Shown in pieces: positions 33,286-38,527 of a DNA stretch of 38,527 nucleotides. The stretch spans positions 1 through 38,527 of the IMG/VR virus record IMGVR_UViG_3300027798_000002; one strand, written 5' to 3'. Each line of letters opens with the position of its first letter. Within the stretch, counting starts at the first letter, position 1. A program made the translations under genes and the position numbers. The notes under the pieces are model-generated. The model did no database searches. It saw only the letters and a list, made by a program, of their open reading frames with translations, and was not told the DNA's origin. Source of the DNA: a virus. Taxonomy: Duplodnaviria > Caudoviricetes.

Positions 33286-35156
33286 TGTCAGAAATCATGC
33301 CAAATGTTGTAGTATCAATGCCATCACAGTTATTCACGATGCCTAATAAATTTGCATCAGTCTTCAATGGCATGATTTATATAGGTAAAATAGATTCAGA
33401 CCCCACCATCATATCAAATCAAATTCAGGTTTATCTTGAAAATGAAGATGGGAGTCACGTCCCAATGCCTCAACCAATACGAACCAATGCAGGCGGGTAT
33501 CCTACATATAATGGGAAGGTGGCAAAATTTGTCACAGTGGAAGGCCACTCCATGCTTATTCAAGATTCCACAGGGGTGCAGCAATTTTACTTTCCTAATG
33601 TTTTGAAATATGACCCTGACCAGTTTTCAATTAGGCTGGCGTCTTCTGGCGGTGATAAGCTAGTTGGCAGCTCATATGGCGGCAGTGTATTTAGCGACTA
33701 CTCACCTTCACTTTATCGCAAGCAGGGTAATTTCGGCGAAGGGATTACATTAAATTCCTCTCGGGAAGTTGTTAAATATACTGACGGATTTCATTATGCG
33801 TACAACGGAACATTCCCCCATGTAAACTCTGAGTTAGCCCCTGATGGCAACTATATTAACCTGGGTTTATTAGATGGATGGCCGGTAAATACGCCACAAA
33901 ATTATGGCGCTAAATCCGATGGGGTCACAGATGATTCGGCAGCATTTCAGGCGGTAATTAATGTCAATCCTTATGGAGACATACACTTGCCGTATTCGCA
34001 GGCAGGTTATTGTATTAAAACTGTAGTAACAATCCCTATGTCAGCTTCGTTTAGATTAATGGGAGTTGGTAGCACGCAATCTTCCTATCAAACACTGATT
34101 CTATGCCAGGTGAATGGGGCAGCTTTTTATTCGGCAGCCACCAACACGGTTTTCACGCAATTCCACAATATTAAATTCACTTCAAACTATGACACTTACC
34201 CGAACTCTCAAGCCATTGTTCATGACGGTGCAGTAGTTCATGCCGCTTTTATTAATCTGACATGCACTAATTTTGGTAAGCCTCCAATTGAGACCAAATC
34301 AGCAACTAACGTAAGCAAGTTTTCTAAACTTCTGTTTATGTTCAATAAAGATTATGGACTAGTAACAAAGTTCTCAGTAAGTAATGTCTATGAAATAATT
34401 ACGATTGATAATAACTTGGGGGGAGGTATCGATGTTTCTGGTGCGACATGTACCTTTACCAATCTTTATTCAGAAGATTCCTGCAAGCGTAACGCAACAG
34501 ATGCAACAACATTTCGTGAATTTAAAGTTTCTGGCACCGGAATGATATTTAATGGTATTAGTATCAATTCGTTTGCAGGAAACACAACACCCCCAATTGA
34601 CATGACATTTTGCATCCGTTCAACACTGATAGGCGTGACTCAGCTAACTCCAGGGACTCCGTCGTATCCATTCGAGATAGAGAACGGCGGGGCGCTACCT
34701 GAGAATCAAGAAACAGGGTTTGTTATGATTGAGTGCGCAGCAATTAGGCTTCGCCATCCAAACGCTAACAACATTGATATAGGCACTGCGTATCTTCCTG
34801 GTAAGGGCGTTCGGATAAAGGTAAATGGTTTAGATATCGCCAGAAAGGTACTTGTTGCTTTTAATGGGGTTCAAGGGGTTGGACTAATTCCAGATAGTGC
34901 AATTTATGGTCGATTTGGCGTGCTAAACGTAGAGCGCACTGGTGTTGGTCAATACCGGGTTAATTTCTCTTTAGATATGGGGTTTGAGGCGGCATATGTT
35001 GTTACTGGCACAGCAAGCTCACCAACAGACGGATTAAGCGTTCTGTCAGTTAAAGAGCATACCAGTGGTTATGTTATAGTAAGGACGTTTTTGAATGGAA
35101 CACCATTCGATAGCCAAAGAGTTAATATAATCGTGGAATCAACTCCACAATCTTAA
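33285..35156 (+). CDS. Tailspike (P22 gp9-type head-binding domain plus beta-helix depolymerase)
   Basis: PNVVVSMPSQLFT...IYIGKIDSDP...FYFPNVLKYDPDQF; beta-helix cap YGAKSDGVTDDSAAFQA. Confidence 0.93.
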   Translation: MSEIMPNVVVSMPSQLFTMPNKFASVFNGMIYIGKIDSDPTIISNQIQVYLENEDGSHVPMPQPIRTNAGGYPTYNGKVAKFVTVEGHSMLIQDSTGVQQFYFPNVLKYDPDQFSIRLASSGGDKLVGSSYGGSVFSDYSPSLYRKQGNFGEGITLNSSREVVKYTDGFHYAYNGTFPHVNSELAPDGNYINLGLLDGWPVNTPQNYGAKSDGVTDDSAAFQAVINVNPYGDIHLPYSQAGYCIKTVVTIPMSASFRLMGVGSTQSSYQTLILCQVNGAAFYSAATNTVFTQFHNIKFTSNYDTYPNSQAIVHDGAVVHAAFINLTCTNFGKPPIETKSATNVSKFSKLLFMFNKDYGLVTKFSVSNVYEIITIDNNLGGGIDVSGATCTFTNLYSEDSCKRNATDATTFREFKVSGTGMIFNGISINSFAGNTTPPIDMTFCIRSTLIGVTQLTPGTPSYPFEIENGGALPENQETGFVMIECAAIRLRHPNANNIDIGTAYLPGKGVRIKVNGLDIARKVLVAFNGVQGVGLIPDSAIYGRFGVLNVERTGVGQYRVNFSLDMGFEAAYVVTGTASSPTDGLSVLSVKEHTSGYVIVRTFLNGTPFDSQRVNIIVESTPQS

Positions 35157-35293
35157 TTATTATCAGGAAATCATTGGCATGGAAGCCTATTTTTATGCTG
35201 GTAAAACGGAATGCTAATGTCATGCTACTACCGATGTAGCATCTTGTAGAGCATGACATTCATAGCTTGCCTCTTATCTCTTTATCAACCCCA

Positions 35294-35518
35294 TCACCTA
35301 TTCCACTTAAACTGACCATTCAGCACGCCAATGGCGAAAAGAAGCCAAGCCAGCTTGTAGCCAAGTGGCTTTAGCTTTTCGTAATGTCGAAGAATGATAG
35401 GGCGGGTGATGGAGTCTTTGTTTGTGTTAGCCGGCAGTGCGGCGAGGGTGGTTTTAATTTCGTTGTTACAGTTTTTGGCGGCTGACAGGAGGGCGTTTTG
35501 TTTCTCTTCAGGAGTCGC
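35294..35518 (-). pseudogene. 74-codon frame with apparently mutated start (GCG)
   Basis: AAGGAG RBS 9 nt before GCG ACT CCT; open to TGA; no ATG, and the only in-frame GTG is near the 3' end. Confidence 0.45.
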
Positions 35519-35521
35519 GTA

Positions 35522-35620
35522 TCACCACTCCTTTACCCACAGCAGCCAAAAAACCACACCGCCGCCGACTATAAGTAGTATCCAGTCGAGGTATGCAATT
35601 ACAAAACTAAGATCATCCAT
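35522..35620 (-). CDS. Tiny single-TM protein (32 aa)
   Basis: MDDLSFVIAYLDWILLIVGGGVVFWLLWVKEW; TGATG coupling. Confidence 0.6.
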   Translation of the reverse strand: MDDLSFVIAYLDWILLIVGGGVVFWLLWVKEW

Positions 35621-35730
35621 CAATGAATCCCCTTCACAGAATCACCCACAACATAGACAATCATGCACATAGCGAAGAGGGTGATGATTATCGCTACCAG
35701 TATCTCTGTTGATAATTTGAGTCGCTTCAT
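35620..35730 (-). CDS. Tiny single-TM protein (36 aa)
   Basis: MKRLKLSTEILVAIIITLFAMCMIVYVVGDSVKGIH; GGAGG RBS. Confidence 0.6.
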   Translation of the reverse strand: MKRLKLSTEILVAIIITLFAMCMIVYVVGDSVKGIH

Positions 35731-35945
35731 GCCGCCTCCATTATCTTTCTCACTTTCGATTTCACTGACTTCACCGTTTTAACTGGTGTTGGCGGGACAA
35801 CTTGCTTCGGTACCGGTCTCTTTGATTTATCGCCGGTTCGTAGCTGCTGCTTTATTTTCATGTCCCACAGGTAGCAGTCTTTGTGGTCACGTCCGTCATC
35901 CGGTGCGCGGCCCACAGTTAGAATTAGTTCGCTGATATCGTCCAT
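35727..35945 (-). CDS. Hypothetical protein
   Basis: GAGG RBS, coupled to neighbours. Confidence 0.7.
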   Translation of the reverse strand: MDDISELILTVGRAPDDGRDHKDCYLWDMKIKQQLRTGDKSKRPVPKQVVPPTPVKTVKSVKSKVRKIMEAA

Positions 35946-36121
35946 CAGGCCACCTCGTTCAATTTCTGGTTAAGCAATCCAAACTTGACGATTTCCAGCA
36001 CGCCAAGCACCTCACAGAGACCTATTTCACCGTCATACTCGCGAATAAGGTCATTGATTCGGCCCGTTAATTCAGCGGGCAGCGGAAATTTACGCTCGAC
36101 GGGGAGCATTGAAATAGGCAT
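35945..36121 (-). CDS. Hypothetical protein (58 aa, MPISMLPVERKF...)
   Basis: GGAG RBS, TGATG coupling; not in the ORF track. Confidence 0.65.
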   Translation of the reverse strand: MPISMLPVERKFPLPAELTGRINDLIREYDGEIGLCEVLGVLEIVKFGLLNQKLNEVA

Positions 36122-36171
36122 AGGGAATCTCCAGATTTAGTGAAATCCGTTTCTGTGAGTCCGTGGTGGGG

Positions 36172-36543
36172 TTAAATTTCTATTGAGGATTCTTTCTGTA
36201 TTTCGTTATCAACGTACGCAAGCTTTTCAGCAAATAGTCGCTCTAGCTCCCGTCGCAAAGCCATAAGTGCCTTTTTTCGTGTTGAATAAAGCGCTATACC
36301 GCGTTGGCTGCCATTTTTAGAACCAATGGTTCCGTGTGATATAGACGTAGACCACATTGGAGTAACAACTGAGTTATGAGCGTTAAATGCGTAACCTTGA
36401 GTTCTGTCTATTCTAGGGGATTGAGAATCTGGCGGGGGAACATCTTTTAATTCACAATAATCAGACCATCTTAGTGCTCTGTTGACTTGTGCCTCGCTCT
36501 TTAATCTTTCAAAGTCAGCGAGTTCTTTTTTGTTCATAGCCAT
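36172..36543 (-). CDS. Hypothetical protein
   Basis: 123 aa ORF in the pL operon. Confidence 0.7.
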   Translation of the reverse strand: MAMNKKELADFERLKSEAQVNRALRWSDYCELKDVPPPDSQSPRIDRTQGYAFNAHNSVVTPMWSTSISHGTIGSKNGSQRGIALYSTRKKALMALRRELERLFAEKLAYVDNEIQKESSIEI

Positions 36544-36563
36544 GATTTATTCTCTTTTATCTG

Positions 36564-36734
36564 CTACCGATACACTTCGCTGCACATGAGCACAACGTCG
36601 GGCCTACGCTCTTTAATCAGTGTTGAGATGTCCAGGCATTCGGATTGAGTGGGGTAGATATCTTTGGTAACTGGTAGGGCATTGCAACTATCGTTAAAAC
36701 AGGAGGTAATGAGAAGAACAAAGCCGATTAGCAT
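36564..36734 (-). CDS. Small Cys-containing exported protein (DUF1482-like, 56 aa)
   Basis: MLIGFVLLITSC...C...IYPTQSEC...C; GGAGG RBS. Confidence 0.6.
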   Translation of the reverse strand: MLIGFVLLITSCFNDSCNALPVTKDIYPTQSECLDISTLIKERRPDVVLMCSEVYR

Positions 36735-36740
36735 ACCTCC

Positions 36741-37169
36741 TCACTTTTTGACTGTGTATTCAATACCACACAAGGCTAGCGCCGCCATGGTTTTTTCGAG
36801 TGATATCATGGGGCCATAGTCCTCATAATTTGCTGGCGCTGGAAGTGTTACTGAATCCGCTGGCTTAGCCGCTGTGAATAGCGGAACGGCGTGAATATGA
36901 TGCTCTGGCTCAAGTTCATAATTATAACCTTCAGCCTCATCTATCATGCATCCCTCATCGCCAATACAGCACTCACTTAAATAAGCATTCCCGTCTTTAT
37001 CTGCCAATCCCCACGCAAACGGCGGCAAAGCTTTCAACTCTGCAAGTTGCTCACGCAGTGATAGCAGCTCCTCAGCCATATCGCGACTAGCTATGCGGCA
37101 CTCTATCCAGCCTGACGGCCCCTTTCTCTGAATAATTAACTCTAACTCTTCTTTACTCAGCATCTGCAT
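36741..37169 (-). CDS. Ea-region hypothetical protein
   Basis: LSKEELE..MAEELLSLRE..VPLFTA motifs. Confidence 0.7.
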   Translation of the reverse strand: MQMLSKEELELIIQRKGPSGWIECRIASRDMAEELLSLREQLAELKALPPFAWGLADKDGNAYLSECCIGDEGCMIDEAEGYNYELEPEHHIHAVPLFTAAKPADSVTLPAPANYEDYGPMISLEKTMAALALCGIEYTVKK

Positions 37170-37944
37170 TCCCCTCTAGACCTATTCTATTGGCAATCCT
37201 TGCTAAAGAATCCTTGGTTTCCGCAAGTGGTTTAGCCATCCAATCGAATGATGTAAGAACGCCATTTGTGAGTACGCCAATATTAAAATCGTCGCTATCT
37301 TGAAGTTCAAAACCGTACTTTATTGCCTTATCTCGCTTATCAAACGCAATAAGGTCAGAGTGATAATTGATTCCTGAGCCACTATCATTGCACCAGGCTC
37401 TTTGCAAAATAACGATGTATTTGACTGGTGCTGGCTCCCCCTCTACCGTGAAACCGGCTGAAATAACAAAATCACCAAAGTCAGTAGTTTCATGGTAGTT
37501 GCGCTTGGTTTTACGCAGCGCACCGATACTCACCAGCCGCTCAACCTGATCTTTGTCTAAGTCGCGGCCTCCAGATTCGGGATCGTCACAACATTCAGCA
37601 AAGCGATTGAGTGCGGAAATATCATCATTGGTGACAAATGAACGCCAAGGCTGGTTTGCCGCTGATAACGCTGCTTCTGCTTTCTGCGCGCGTTCGCGTA
37701 AGTCTTTTACATCTGACTCACTGAACCATTTTTCATAGGTCTGGCCTTCCAGCCGCTGAATAAGCTCACCGATTGGCAACGGTTTAATCAGTTCCAGTTG
37801 TGCCGCTTCCAGTTGGGCTATCAGTGTTTCCAAATCAGGCATTGGCACTGTTAGCTGGTCTGAGCCGTACGACTTGGCTATTTCAAATTTACTTTTAAGC
37901 CGCTCAATTCGTGCTTTGCTGGTTAGCTCTTCGATGTTATTCAT
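37153..37944 (-). CDS. Ead/Ea22-like mosaic protein
   Basis: LIAQLEAAQ coiled coil, AGFTVEGE junction motif, extra C-terminal module. Confidence 0.7.
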   Translation of the reverse strand: MNNIEELTSKARIERLKSKFEIAKSYGSDQLTVPMPDLETLIAQLEAAQLELIKPLPIGELIQRLEGQTYEKWFSESDVKDLRERAQKAEAALSAANQPWRSFVTNDDISALNRFAECCDDPESGGRDLDKDQVERLVSIGALRKTKRNYHETTDFGDFVISAGFTVEGEPAPVKYIVILQRAWCNDSGSGINYHSDLIAFDKRDKAIKYGFELQDSDDFNIGVLTNGVLTSFDWMAKPLAETKDSLARIANRIGLEGNADAE

Positions 37945-38465
37945 CAGTTGTTAACCCTCAGGCTGGCGACAATACGACCAAGAACCTGCTCACTGTATTC
38001 ACTGGTAAAATCTTCAGGCAGAGCATTTGGCATGAATTCAATTGAGCCAAGAATCATGCGAGCAACGTCAGCCACTTCTTTCGCTGACTTATCAACAAAT
38101 CCACTCTCAAACGCAGCGAGCAAGTGATTAGCGATGAAGTTAGCGGCCTCAACTCGGCCTTTCGCCTTTATCTCGTTAAGCGCCTGAGTGGTGGCAGGGG
38201 TTCCATCCAGCGCCTTATTCAGCACATCGACGTACCAATCCAGATATTTGTATTCCAGCAAGTCGCCATGCTCTTCCCACATATCAGGCGCGGTGGAGAA
38301 TTCGATTGCACTCTTCAGCACGACGCTCTCGCCAGCCAATTCTTGATACTTCTTTTCAAGCTCCATGTAGTCACTGAATCTCACAACATCAACGACAAAG
38401 CCGTCTTTCGGGTCAGCGTCATGAATGAGGCTGCTATCGAGGCCGTATACTTTTATTTCAGACAT
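37944..38465 (-). CDS. Eae-like hypothetical protein
   Basis: VRFSDY..LE, TPATTQALNEIKAKG motifs; GAGG RBS. Confidence 0.75.
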   Translation of the reverse strand: MSEIKVYGLDSSLIHDADPKDGFVVDVVRFSDYMELEKKYQELAGESVVLKSAIEFSTAPDMWEEHGDLLEYKYLDWYVDVLNKALDGTPATTQALNEIKAKGRVEAANFIANHLLAAFESGFVDKSAKEVADVARMILGSIEFMPNALPEDFTSEYSEQVLGRIVASLRVNN

Positions 38466-38527
38466 AACTGTTTCCTCAGCAGATTGCTGTAATGGGGGGT
38501 GTTAGGCTGGGTGATTAAGCTCGGAGG
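38401..38527. repeat. Terminal direct repeat (copy 2)
   Basis: Identical to 1-127. Confidence 0.95.

Noticed and set aside
35394-35672. Plus-strand 92 aa ORF after the tailspike
   Set aside because: Overlaps three RBS-preceded, coupled minus-strand frames that fit the operon better
35727-35945. Excisionase assignment by position
   Set aside because: No recognisable wHTH/AlpA pattern and no integrase nearby
38401-38527. 127 bp terminal repeat as a biological terminal repeat or att site
   Set aside because: It lies inside a gene and matches a usual assembler k-mer; P22-like phages are headful packagers

Overview
A complete, circularly permuted ~38.4 kb genome of a P22-like (lambdoid, short-tailed) phage, probably of an Enterobacterales host (host is inferred). 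Bases 1-127 are identical to 38401-38527, which is an assembly overlap. The leftward early operon (pL) carries N, a DNA methyltransferase, cIII, a Rad52-like annealing protein, SSB, an exonuclease and ea-type genes. The rightward operon (pR) carries cro, an ASCH-like protein, O/P replication genes and nin genes. These are followed by the lysis cassette, accessory genes and a full P22-type virion module (terS, terL, portal, scaffold, coat, gp4, gp10, gp26, gp14, gp7, gp20, gp16, tailspike). The most striking feature is that the lysogeny and late-control genes are missing from their usual positions: no cI, no cII or nutR boxB, no Q/gp23, no int/xis and no immI. Relics remain around each gap (cIII, an OOP-like antisense unit, boxA, an RBS-ATG stub after ninG). 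This suggests a streamlined, obligately lytic descendant of a temperate phage with unexplained late-gene timing. Other notable items are a multi-stem ncRNA candidate at 15.6 kb, an antisense membrane peptide with its own promoter at the sieA position, a new N/boxB pair, RBS-occluding hairpins, an extra fibre gene and a ~120 aa insertion in gp10. All family assignments come from motif recognition and synteny, not from database searches.
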